From assembly GCA_963514005.1 (NCBI GenBank), contig OY740819.1, forward strand, positions 23,870,001-23,934,000: DNA of 64,000 nucleotides. The letters are read 5' to 3'. Both the position numbers and the translations under genes were made by a program. Shown one piece after another: positions 39,815 through 51,831 of the stretch (position 1 is the first letter of the stretch; every line of letters starts with the position of its first letter). A model generated the notes under the pieces. The model was not told the DNA's origin. It ran no database searches and worked only from the letters and a program-made list of their open reading frames with translations. Origin of the DNA: Raja brachyura. Its lineage: Eukaryota.

Positions 39815-40640
39815 GAGGAGGATGCTATGAGAATGCAGGGCAACTTAGACAGGTTGGGGGAGTGGGCAGATGCAGTTTAATGCGGATAAATGTGAGGTTA
39901 TCCACTTTGGTAGCAAAAACAGGAAGGCAGATTACTACCTAAATGGCATCAAGTTAGGAAAAGGGGAAGTACTACGGGATCTGGGGATCCATATACATCA
40001 GTCCATGAAAGTAAGCATGCAGTTACAGCAGGCAGTGAAGAAAGCGAATGGCATGTTTGCCTTCATAACAAGAGGAATCGAGTATAGGAGCAAAGAGGTC
40101 CTTCTGCAGTTGTACAGAGCACTAGTGAGACCACACCTGGAGTATTGTGTGCAGTTTTGGTCCCCTAATTTGAGGAAGAACATTCTTGCTATTGAGGGCG
40201 TGCAGCGTAGGTTTACAAGATTAATTCCCAGGATGGAAGGACTGTCATATGCTGAGAGAATGGAGCAGCTGGACTTGTACACTCTGGAGTTTAGAAGGAT
40301 GAGGGGGGATCTCATTGAAACGTATAAGATTGTTAAGGGCTTGGAGTCCAGAACCAGGGGCCACAGTTTAAGAATAAGGAGTAGGCCATTTAGAACAGAG
40401 ACGAGGAAACACTTTTTCCTCACAGAGAGTGGCGAGTCTGTGGAATTCTCTGCCTCAGATGGCAGTGGAGGCAGGTTCTCTGGATGCTTTCAAGAGAAAA
40501 CTAGATAGGGCTTAAAAATACCAGGGAATGTGGGGAGAAGGCAGGAACGGGGTACTGATTGGTATGATCAGCCATGATCACATTGAATGGTGGTGCTGGT
40601 TCAAAGGGCCGAATGGCCTACTTCTGCACCTATTGTCAAT
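39815..40640 (+). mobile_element. CR1/HER1-type LINE 3' fragment
   Basis: ORF 39870-40508 'MQFNADKCEVIHFG...LYRALVRPHLEYCVQFWSP...RRMRGDLIETYKI'. Confidence 0.92.
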
Positions 40641-43600
40641 TGTCAAACAAACAAACAAACTCAGGCTCATCACTTGGGCAGAGGATTCTAAAACAAGAGT
40701 CCCCCCCCCCCACTCGAGTCCTGTGAATCTCCTCTGCCTCTTCTTAACTGAGTGATGTCCCTCCTATAGCCGAGTTTCCAGAACTGCCCACTGTACTCAG
40801 AGGACTGGTCTCACCAACGACTTGTACAGCTACATCACGATGTCCCAATGTTTGTACTCAATCCCCTTCCCAACGAAGACAGCCGTGCGAGCAGCAGAGG
40901 GTGGGGCGCTGGAGAACTAAGCATGACCCAGCATGGAGATGTGGTTGGACTTGCTCTGCAGGTTCTCCCTGTGACCTGCGTGGGTTCCTCCTGGAGCTCC
41001 AGTTTGCTCCCACGTCTCAAAGATGTGCGGGTTTGAAGGTTAATCAGCCCTCTGTAAATTGCCCCTAGTGTGTAGGAAGTGGATGAGAACGTAGAACTAC
41101 TGTGAACGGGTGATCGATGGTCGACGTGGACTTGAGTGGAGTTCAGTTTATTGTCACGCATACTGAGGTACAGTGAAAAGTTTTGGGCTGAAGAACCTGT
41201 TTTTATGCTGGATCTCATGTTTATAAGTGATAGGATATTTTATTTCTCCCTCCTAACCCCATTCTCCTGCCTTCTCCCCATAACCCCCGACACCTGTACG
41301 AATCAAGAATCTATCTATCTCTGCCGTAAAAATATCCATTGACTTGTGGCCTCCACAGCCTTCTGTAAACTTAACAGAAGTGAGCAATGCAGGGTAAGCT
41401 GAAGAAGGGTCCCGAAACAAAACGTCACCTTTCCATGTTTCCCAAAGATGCTGCCTGACCCGCTGAGTTACTCCGGCACTCTGTGAAACGTCACCTATCC
41501 ATGTTCTCCACAGATGCTGCCTGACCCGCTGAGTTACTCCAGCACTCTGTGTCCTATTTAGAGATGTTTAGCGATTTCGGGTGTGTCCATGTTAGTGTCT
41601 GTCCTGCACCCATCAGTGTGTGGGACAGCACTCTGCTATTCTCACTATAAGATGTATAAACTCTAGTGATGATAGGTCGCATGGGTGTTTGTGTTTCATT
41701 GCTTGCTTTATCTTCTTTCTTGGGCATGAGTGCTCCATCATGCCTTTCACTGTAACCAGGAAACTGCTTCAACAGCTCTAGGGCTGTGAGAATGAGACTA
41801 ACACCTCAGGTAGATGCTGATAATTAGGTGGAAATATGTGGCGAGATGAAGGTGGATGGAGCAGTAGGTGTGGGGGAGGGTAGAGGAAGATTTTAATGTT
41901 ATCTTCACTTATCTTCAATTGTTGGGAGCTTTCAGTTATTTGAAACCACATTGATGTGAAAGTGTCTGAATTCACTGAAATAATTTCTTCCCGTTCGAAG
42001 CTCTAGGGATTGGCGTGACATTGCCCACACTGAGAGCGAGTTTTCAATTATGTTTGGTCAAATCTCGCAATGCCCTCGTGTCAACAGTAAGCCTGCGATT
42101 CCGAGTCAACAGCACAGCAAGGGAATACAACACAGGGCTTTGCCATTGGCATCACTGTTGCAGTAGAGAGGGTGGGGATTCTGGCTAGTACCCCTGGCCA
42201 TCACGGTACTGACCTCCCCACCATCGAAGCAATCTACAGGACTGCCTCACAAAGGCAGCCAGCATCATCAGAGGCCCACACCACCCTGGCCACGCTCTCA
42301 TCTCACTGCTACCATCAGGAAGAAGGTACAGGAGCCTGAAAACCGTGACCTCCAGGTTCAGGAACAGCTTCTTCCCAACAACCTCAAATAAGCTCTGATC
42401 TACGTGGACTATTATTGTTTGTTTTGTTTTTTTATGTGTAGGTATGTGTTCATGTATATATGTATAATATACAGTATGTGTATATGTGAGTCTGTATATA
42501 CACACACACACACACACACACTGAACGGTTTTTTTCCTTCTCGTTTATTATATTGGTTACATCGGACTATATTCACATATTCTGTTGAGCTTCTGCAAAT
42601 AAGCGTTTCATTGTTCTATCTGGGACACATGACAATAAAACACTTGACCATTGGCCATCCATATCTGAGCACTTCCCCAAACTATCAGCTCTATTTATAG
42701 TTGTGGGCATTGGCTTATAGTCACGTGTATCGAGGTAGAGTGAAATGCTTTGTTTGCATGCTCTCCGATCAACTCATAATGTAGTTTAGTTTAGAGATAC
42801 AGAGCGGAAACAGGCCCTTCGGCCCACAGAGTCCGTGCCGACCAAGATGGAACCCGGGTCTCTGGCGCTGTGAGGCAGCAACTCCACCGCTGCACCACCT
42901 TGCCGCCCTAAACTCCACCACAAGTACAATCGAGACATACAAGAGTATAACTGGTAGTGTAGAGTATCTCGTCACAGCAAAAATGCAGCTTTAAATAATC
43001 ATCAGGTTTGCTGACCAGTACCTGAACAACTGATTCTTTCCAGCAGCCTCTCTTTATTACATATTTCCAGCAATGCTGTCTCTCACAGCCACAACTAGTC
43101 ACGGCTAGCTTCCTCTAACTCTCTGCATTCATCTATCAGTTTGTACGATACAACACGATACGATATGATAGAACTTTATTTATCTCAGGAGGGAAATTGG
43201 TCTGCCAACAGTCATAAAACACAAGATACATGAAATTAAAGTGACGTGGAAAGTCTTGGGGGGGGGAAGAGGGGGGGGGGGGGGGGGGAAGAGGGGGGGG
43301 GGCAGGGAGCCATCTCTCTACTATGGCAACATTTCTTATTTTAACAATGATCCCTTATCCTGTATCTGTACACTGGAAATGGTTCAATTGTAATCATGTA
43401 TTGGCTTTCCGCTGACTGGTTAGCACGCAACAAAGCTTTTTCACTGTACCTCAGTACACGTGACAATAAACTGAATTGAAACTGAAAGCGGTATCTCTGT
43501 CTTTCCATCCATATTTATTTCAGACTTCCAGCATCAGCCGTTTGTATTTATTTTACAATTGCATCACATGTAGAGGATAACAAGCTAAACCCAACTGCAA

Positions 43601-44084
43601 GATCTTAATACTGATTCACTTCATGTTATCTAATGGGCCCAATCAATAAAAAAATACAGTTACAATTGAATTGTAAACTAGCCTGACATTGAGAAATGGG
43701 CCAAATAGAATTATAAAATTGATCACATGCTTGAATTATATTCTTTCACAATCCTGATCTTATTCCAAAATCAAAACTTGTTCAAGAGGCTACCTGTCAG
43801 TGCTTCATTAACTTATTAGCCCACAAAGACAGATTGTGACATTATTTACTTAACGGCAGAACAGCCTATTGTAATATCATCACTCTGACTCTGTCTGGCG
43901 TACAGAGATATGACTGGTCTAGCTAAGAGTCTCTGGGCCACACTGCAAAAGGGGATGAGGTCCAGTGCTGCTCTTCAATGCATCTTGACAGAGGTTAAGT
44001 GAAAGTTATTGGAAACAGGCCTTTGGCCCACTCTGCCTATCGATCACCCGCTTACACCCACATTCTGGGCTATTCCACTTTCTC

Positions 44085-44715
44085 ATGTGGGATGTGGCTT
44101 CTGTACATCGGCAAGTTCAAGTGTAGACTTGCCGACCATAAGACTTGCACCCAGTCCTCCAAGACCAGCTGCATCTTCTGGTCGATAAACATTTTAGCCC
44201 CACATCCCATTTCCACACTGGCATCTCTGTCCTGGGCCTCCTCCATCATCCACACACAAACTGCCAGAACATCACCATACTTGGATAGTTTAAATCCCAA
44301 TAGTATGAACATCGAGTTTCTCCAATGTTATGCATCAATTCCTCCCCCCCCCCCCCCCCCCCCCCCCATGGCCCATTTTCTTTCCTACTCCCACCCTGAT
44401 ATGCATCCTCCCCCCTCCCTCTCCCCGCTTCCCCACCCCATCCCATCATCCGGCTTTAAATTTCACATCTCTTTATCTGACACCATCTTTTCACCTCTAT
44501 TCTTAGTCCACCCATCTGCCACTTAACCCACCCTCGCCTGTATCCGTCTATCACTTCCACGCTTTACCTCACCTTCACCTCTTTCCCAGTCCCCCCCCAC
44601 CCCCCCCCCCCCCCTCCCCTCACCACCACTCAATCAGTCTGAAGCAGGGTCCAAAATTAAAATGTCAACTATCCATGAGATGCTGCCTGATCCGCTGAGT
44701 TATTCCAACATTTTG
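44085..44715 (+). mobile_element. Degenerate Penelope-like fragment (GIY-YIG remnant, C-rich 3' region, terminal repeat)
   Basis: 'C.LLYIG..K.RLADH' and 'P.SMNIEF' remnants; ends in CTGAAGCAGGG...GATGCTGCCTGATCCGCTGAGTTA. Confidence 0.65.
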
Positions 44716-46769
44716 AGCGTTGTTTTTTTTTTTTTTAACTCAGCTGGTGCTCTTAATTCTTTCTCTTTGAATATCCAGGCTGACAGTGAAATCTCAAACC
44801 TGGAAGGATCGACATTACAAATCTCCGCCTCCTACAGCAACCGTTAATTCGAGTCGAGGTAGCCAACTTAACACCAATTGTGTTGAAGAACAGATGTTTA
44901 GTGCAATGATTTGAAAATGGGTCCAAGCTGACTTGAATTATCCAGCACACAGTCAGACGTGGATCAGAGGCTCCAACAGAACCTAGACCTGGCTCCTGTC
45001 CCACATTGCTGGGAATAAAAGACTATTCCTCTCAACCACTGTGTACCTCACACGGCTAGCTTGCATTAAATCAGAATCTCCTCCATTGCTTCCACTTATG
45101 GAATATTTTGCCAAGAAAAACAAGATAAACAAGGAGATAAATACCGTCACTGCAGCTTTGATTTCCCTCCAACCAGTATACGCGTGTATGAGCCTCCGTG
45201 GACACACACACACGCGAGTTGTTTACATGAGTGACATGTCCACCGAGTCTACACTGACCAGCGATTCCCCACACACTAACACTATCCTACACACGCCAAG
45301 GACAATTTACAATTTTACCAAAGCCAATTAACCTACAAACCTGCACGTCTTTGAGTGTTGGGGAAACCGGAGCGCCCGGAGAAAAACTCACGTGGCCACA
45401 GAGAGAACTTACAATCTCCGTACAGAAAGCACCTAAGGTCAGGATCGCACCCGGGTCTCTGGTGCAGTCAGGGAACAGCTCTACCGCTGCGGCACTGTGT
45501 CGCCTTTAGCTAAAAGGGTCCAGCTGAAGAATGTGAAATCTGAATGACCCTCAGAGGCCACATTCTGTACGACTCTGTCCAATAATATTCTGAATTGCAG
45601 TAAAACTTGCGGTTGATAACGTTCTCCCCATCACTGTAATTCTTCCTCAATGCTGTTCAAAAACCATAGCAACACATTATTGAGACAACATCGAATGTTG
45701 TGGCAACATAGGGGGGGGGAGAACCTTGTAGAACCCAGAGAGGAAAGGTGGTCATTTGGACACACAAATTGCAGGGCAGACAAATGAATCGTCAACAAGC
45801 CCAGACATGTTGTTGGGAATGGATGGTGGTCAACGTGGAACCGCTTCTCACTCCTGTAGCTACTTCCTTCAAAGGCCTCTCACCATCCTCATGCAAAGTG
45901 TTCCACCAGAGGCTGCCCTGAACACCTGCGAGGTTTGGGGAGCGATTAGAGAGGGGAAAGGGGGAGATGGGAAAGGGAAGCAGAGAAGGGCGGAAAGGGG
46001 GGGGGGGATGAGGGGGGGGAGGGAGAAGGGGATGAGGGGGGGGGGTGGGAGGGGGAAGAGGAGGAAGGGGTTGAGCGAAGAGAGTTTACAGGTAAAGCAG
46101 CATTCTAACAAACAGAGTATCAGCGTGCTGCACCTCTCCATGTTGCGTGCGTTTTACAACATGATCATTCACCGTGACCTTGTGTTTAATGGATTTACTA
46201 ATGATGGCTTCCTACACTCACGACGCGCGTTCATCAGCCAGCTGTCTGTTCCTCGTCCAACCCGGGTACATCGCTGCCGCGGGCCTCGTTACCCGAGCGG
46301 GGGGTGGGGTGGGGTGGGGTGGGGTGGGGTGGGGGAGGGCGAGTGTATTTGGACCCAGTGTCCGGTGATGCGGGTCGGCTCCGACTGCTCTAACTCTCTT
46401 TCGCGCCGCGTTACAGACTCGGCCTCGGTTTAAACTTGACTTTGGTGGATTTGGTTGTCAATATTGCGGGTTGTCAGTTTGTTGCAAATATTTCGAAACA
46501 GTTTGATCTCAAATATCTCGCGCCGAGTCCGAGTCAAACGAGAAAATCATTTCCCTTCAACATCATCCGGTTGGCTCATTGTTTCTGGAATGCGAGTACG
46601 GGGGGCGAGGAAACGGTCGGGCTGGTGACTGGGTGGGGATTCCGTAACGCGGGGACCGTGGGCGATGCCTCTTCAAATCGGCTTCACTCCTATATCTGGG
46701 AACCTTGCGCCGTTGGAGGCTGCAGGGTACAACTGGCTTTTACAGTGGCGGCCAGTCGGGACTCAAAGG

Positions 46770-46779
46770 CTATAAATAG
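46770..46779. promoter_or_regulatory. MEF2 site / TATA-like element
   Basis: CTATAAATAG is an exact match to the MEF2 consensus CTA(A/T)4TAG and also contains TATAAA. Confidence 0.5.
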
Positions 46780-47109
46780 TGCTTCAGGGAAAACAAGTCA
46801 ACTCTTTCAAATGAGGTGAAGGGCGGTAAGACCTAGAACAAGGTCTGAAGGAATTTGTATGCATATATTATTCATTAGCCCAGCCATATTGAAAAGTTGC
46901 ATGCAGAGACATTTTTTTTTTAAATCGCTGTAGAAAGTGCAAACACCTTTCTGGGTTCCACTGCAATGCTATCTGCTATGGGAGTTGCATTTTACAATCG
47001 GCCGCATTTCGCCCAGCTGCACGCGGCGCGGACCCTTTACTAAATGACCATTAGAGACATTGCAATAAACACGGTTCAGCTTGATGAAGGAAGAGGATTT
47101 GTAGAGCGG

Positions 47110-47119
47110 TTTTACCTTA
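47110..47119 (-). other. Candidate splice donor ending a non-coding first exon (exon ends at 47116)
   Basis: Minus strand CTAAG|GTAAAA at the edge of the GC-rich block. No ATG-initiated ORF reads through it, so it is presumably 5' UTR. Confidence 0.35.
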
Positions 47120-47365
47120 GGATGGAACCGGGCGGCGGAATCAGGCGGCTACTTGTCCGTGTGTGTTGCGGGGAGGCGAGGGGGGGGGGAGGGGTGGTCG
47201 ATATTCGGTCCCCCTTGTGTGGCGGGTGTTAGGGAAAGCCACGGTCTTCGGGGGGGGGGGGGGGAGCGGTTGTTGAGGGGTTACAGGCAGCTTTGCATCA
47301 GGAAGAATACTCGGCGCTGCAACTCCGGTCAAATCTTATAGTACTCCCTCCACGCTGGCGATATT

Positions 47366-47497
47366 TTCAGCACCGCGGCCACTGGAGGTGGTTTCAGCAC
47401 CGCGAACAGCTCCCTCCTCGTCAACGATGGTTTCAGCCCCACAGTCAGCTCCTGACTCCCGTCCACTGGAGAATATTTCAGCACCGCGGTCAGCTCC
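47366..47497 (+). promoter_or_regulatory. Cluster of four RE1/NRSE (REST-binding) motifs
   Basis: 47366 TTCAGCACCGCGGCCACTGGA; 47393 TTCAGCACCGCGAACAGCTCC; 47432 TTCAGCCCCACAGTCAGCTCC; 47477 TTCAGCACCGCGGTCAGCTCC; consensus is TTCAGCACCACGGACAGCGCC. Confidence 0.8.
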
Positions 47498-48498
47498 CGA
47501 GTCCCGCTCCGCCCGCACTTGCAGAGGCTCCGGCCCCGGCTCCGGCCGGGCGACCCCTTGTCCTTGGCGGTGGCCGGCGCTAGAAGGAACGGACTCCCCG
47601 CGCCGCCCGCCCGCTCTCCAGGGGAAATCTCGGGCTCGGGAAGGTTGCAGTGAATGGGAGAGGAACCAGGGGCATCCTCGCCGCCTTGTGCGTGTGTGGA
47701 GCAGCCGAGTCTCAGCGCAGCCCCGTGTAAACTGAGCCCAGCTCCCTCACTGCCCCCTCCCTGGCACACTCCCTGGCGCTCCCGCTGTCCTTGCAGGGGC
47801 TGGGGGCGATACAGATGTGGCAGCCCACAGCTGCAGCAACACCTGCAACAGCAGCCTCCCTTCTTCGCTGATCGCCTCTTTAAATCCCGGCTACATCAGA
47901 GTCTCCGCATTCTCCGCACAAGTGCAGCGACCGAGTCCTGTCTCTGCCCGTCTCTCCCTCCCTCAGTCTGCCGAGTGCCCACACTCCATACTCCGGCCAT
48001 CCAGCGCGCAGGAACACGGATAGCTGGAGGGAGAAGCGGGCTGTGAGAATCAACCAGGCAACTCTCTGGAGGAGTGGCCGTGCGTCTCATGCATATAAAT
48101 GAGGACAGGCGCAGTTAGCACAGTTGTAGCAGAGCGGACTCGAGAGGCACAGGGAGGGTTGACAGAGATAGAGCAGAGGAGGGGGGGGGGGGGGGGGTGA
48201 CAGAGAGAGCGCGCAGAGGGAGGGTGAACAAGAAATAGGGGGGAGAGCAGTGTGGGAAGATGCACAAGGACAGATGGACAGGTAATGCACGAAGGGAGAA
48301 GATGTACAACAAATCATTTCATTTTTAGAACCAAATCACAATTAGATCTGGGCATCAAAGATATTTATTCTGAATCTAATCAGGTTCCTCTTCTGATGAT
48401 GGTTCCTCGTTAGCTTCCGATTAGTTCTGGGGTTCAGTGGGCAAAGTGGGGACTCCAAAGTGGTGCAGGTGATGCCAGGTAGGATACGCACAAGGCTA

Positions 48499-49174
48499 GA
48501 GTTACTCCAGCACTCTGTGAAACGTCACCTATCCATGTTCTCCACAGATGCTGCCTGACCCGCTGAGTTACTCCAGCACTCTGTGAAACGTCACCTATCC
48601 ATGTTCTCCACAGATGCTGCCTGACCCGCTGAGTTACTCCAGCACTCTGTGAAATGTCACCTATCCATGTTCTCCACAGATGCTGCCTGACCCGCTGAGT
48701 TACTCCAGCACTCTGTGAAACGTCACCTATCCATGTTCTCCACAGATGCTGCCTGACCCGCTGAGTTACTCCAGCATTCTGTGAAACGTCACCTATCCAT
48801 GTTCTCCACAGATGCTGCCTGACCCGCTGAGTTACTCCAGCACTCTGTGAAATGTCACCTATCCATGTTCTCCACAGATGCTGCCTGACCCGCTGAGTTA
48901 CTCCAGCACTCTGTGAAACGCCACCTATCCATGTTCTCCACAGATGCTGCCTGACCCGCTGAGTTACTCCAGCACTCTGTGAAACGTCACCTATCCATGT
49001 TCTCCACAGATGCTGCCTGACCCGCTGAGTTACTCCAGCACTCTGTGAAACGTCACCTATCCATGTTCTCCACAGATGCTGCCTGACCCACTGAGTTACT
49101 CCAGCACTCTGTGAAACGTCACCTATCCATGTTCTCCACAGATGCAGCCTGACCCACTGAGTTATTCCAGCACT
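48499..49174 (+). repeat. 66-bp tandem array (~10 copies) derived from the Penelope-associated element
   Basis: Near-identical 66-bp units; the ORF track shows the resulting 22-aa period. Confidence 0.95.
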
Positions 49175-49320
49175 GCCTGATACGCTGTTACCTGCCAGGC
49201 TGCAGAACAGGGTTAATGAGAAGAATTCCTTTAGCAGCTGTTTAACCAACATAAGCATGAAGGTTACAATGTCTTCCTCCCCTGCCACAGACTCAGTGAT
49301 TCTCCAGTGCAATTGACCGT

Positions 49321-49420
49321 AACCCACCCCAATTTATGATTCTAAATTAAGGAATGGAAAACAAAATTTAAACCCACCCCAATTTATGATTCTAAATTAA
49401 GGAATGGAAAACAAAATTTA
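49321..49420. repeat. Perfect 50-bp tandem duplication
   Basis: AACCCACCCCAATTTATGATTCTAAATTAAGGAATGGAAAACAAAATTTA x2. Confidence 0.95.
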
Positions 49421-50089
49421 AATTGAAAGGCATAATTTTTGAATATTCAATCAATGTGAAGCATTGGAAGTTCATGGTTCTGCAGAAGATCCATCATTTG
49501 ACAATAGACAATAGGTGCAGGATTGACCTTCGACCCTTCGAGCCAGCACCACCATTCAATGTGATCATGGTGGTGAATACTATGGACCATGATCTGCATG
49601 ATCATTGCTGCTCCAGTCAGTTTGTTGCCTTGCCCCCAATGGGAGTGAGGGGCCAGAGCCAGTTACTTGGTCACCGTTCCCAATGGTGCTGCACCTAGGT
49701 TTTGTACAGAGGTCGAGGGGCTTGGGGCGGTAGAACGGGGTGGGGAAGAGGAGGTGGTGAGAAGCAGCATTCCTATTGGCTCTGCAAGCACTGAACTGGG
49801 AAGAGGAGATAGTTTCCCGACCATTGGCATGTCGGAATGTTTCAGTTCAATGCTTTTTAAGGACTTTGGAATGTGGGAGGAAAATGGAGCACCCAGAGAG
49901 AACCCACGCGGTCACAGGGAGAATGTGCAAACTCTATAAAGACAGCACCCATGGTCAGGATCGAAGCCGGCTGCAAGGCAGCAGCTCTACCCGCTGTGCC
50001 ACCCTCAAAATCTGATCTCACAAACTGGGCACATCTTGTTGCTTTTGCCCTTCTATTTCATTGTTAAAATCATAGAGTGATACAGTGTA

Positions 50090-50462
50090 AAAACAGGCCC
50101 TTCAGCCCAACTTGCCCACAACAGCCAACATGCCCCAGCTACACTAGTCACAGAAACAGGCCCTTCAGCCCAACTTGCCCACACTGGCCAACATGCCCCA
50201 GCTACACTAGTCACAGAAACAGGCCCTTCAGCCCAACTTGCCCACACCGGCCAACATGCCCCAGCTACACTAGTCACGGAAACAGGCCCTTCAGCCCAAC
50301 TTGCCCACACCGGCCAACATGCCCCAGCTATACTAGTCACGGAAACAGGCCCTTCAGCCCAACTTGCCCACACTGGCCAACATGCCCCAGCTACACTAGT
50401 CACGGAAACAGGCCCTTCAGCCCAACTTGCCCACAACGGCCAACATGCCCCAGCTACACTAG
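50090..50462. repeat. 63-bp minisatellite (~6 copies) amplified from a CR1 3' UTR
   Basis: GAAACAGGCCCTTCAGCCCAACTTGCCCACAC(T/C)GGCCAACATGCCCCAGCTACACTAGTCAC units embedded in a minus-strand CR1 tail. Confidence 0.93.
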
Positions 50463-51230
50463 CCCCACCCGTTTGGTCCATATCCCTCCAAACCTGTCCT
50501 ATCATACATGTACCTATCTAAATGTTATGTTTCTGTTCTAACCACCTCTTTGAATTAGTGCTTATTTGTGGGTAACTGGTTTGGTTGAGCCTCTGATGAG
50601 GAGGATTATAACATTCTTAGGACAGTGCATCGGACAGTGACGTGTGACAAGCAATGATCATCAATAACTAGCATCACCTTCATCAATAACATTCCATCCT
50701 AGTGCTGGCTCGAAGGGCCGAATGGCTTACTCCTGCACCCATTGTCTATGTACGTATAATTATTTCAAATTATTATTTATGCTAAACTTGGCTGGGTTGG
50801 ACTTTGAATAGCCAGGCTTGGGGTAGTTTCAATAACCATCTGCTCCTGGGCTAACTGAACACAGAGATAAAGGCACTGAGGTTAAAATAAAAGTGCCTTG
50901 AGCAATATTCGAGATCAGAAGGATTTTTTGTCTGCAGCACGGCTCGTGACGATGTGTAGCTTACTCCGAGATGAAGCTGTGGAGCCGTGCTAATTAACAT
51001 CCGATCTCCCAGCAAAATGAATAACACATCGGGCTGGTGGAAAAATGATCAAATGCTTGAAACCTGGTGATGTCTCGACAGCGAGGGCCAGTGGCAGCAG
51101 GGTTCACAGTGTAGGATTGAGAAGTGGAAAACGTACGCAAAGTGAATGATGCGGTGGAGGGAGAGGGGGAGAGAAAGACAGGGAGGGGGAGCTCCTGTAC
51201 CTTCAATGAGAAGAGAGCGCGACCAGGGTG

Positions 51231-51831
51231 CAGCGCCGGATTTAGATGAAGAGAGGCCCTAAGCTATTTCACTGGTGAAGCACCCCCCCCCCACCCCCTC
51301 CCAATCCATCACCCCCATTGGGATTGGGAGGACCATGACTACGCCACAGTGACAGTGTGACACTTTGAGATCCTACTGTATGTTGTCATTAAACAGTTGG
51401 TTTTAAAATACATATTGGATTCACCGCGGAGCAGGCGATGCTTTACCTGGATCACCGTTTGAAGCTCTGGAGCATTGGGCCTGCTGCTTCAACATCATGG
51501 AGCTGTGGTTTGTGGAGCTCCCAGCCTCGGGCCGCGCTGATTTTAATATCGTGGGGCCCTGAGAACCCTTTGCCGAGGGCCGCCAGCGTGAATCTCCACC
51601 CAGCTCAGCCGCGGTCTCCGGTAGGAAGTGGCCGATTCGGAAGTCCAAGCCGCTGAGAATGTTCTCCCGTTCCGACGTTGGATGGTGACCCCCAAATTTC
51701 ATTGTACCAATGGCAAAGAGTAGGAGGTCCCGGTGGGCGGATGGTCGGTGGGGCAGCGAGGTGAGTGGGGGCCCCCTAGATCTCAAGGCCCTAAGCTTAA
51801 GATGTCTAGCTTATACGCAAATCCGGCTCTG
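51231..51831 (+). mobile_element. hAT-like MITE, complete (601 bp)
   Basis: TIRs CAGCGCCGGATTT / AAATCCGGCTCTG and a perfect 8-bp TSD CCAGGGTG (51223-51230, 51832-51839). Confidence 0.9.

Larger units (their letters stand above)
46200..48260. promoter_or_regulatory. CpG island / putative promoter and first exon of an unidentified (probably neuronal) gene
   Basis: Abrupt rise in CpG and GC content, free of transposons for ~2.5 kb, GA/CT-rich tracts at 48130-48300, RE1 cluster inside. Confidence 0.75.

Noticed and set aside
44983-45213. ORF with a hydrophobic stretch resembling a signal anchor (VTVFISLFILFFLAK)
   Set aside because: Short, starts in a CA repeat next to a SINE, closes with a stop, and has no clear splice sites or recognisable family.
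47141-48090. Several GC-rich ORFs in the CpG island as the first coding exon
   Set aside because: No recognisable protein similarity, and open frames are expected at high GC. The gene could not be identified, so no symbol is given.
48434-49327. 297-aa ORF with 22-aa repeats
   Set aside because: Translation of the 66-bp tandem array; the unit length is a multiple of 3.
48499-50462. CRISPR-like regular repeats
   Set aside because: Units are contiguous with no unique spacers, there are no cas genes, and the context is vertebrate.
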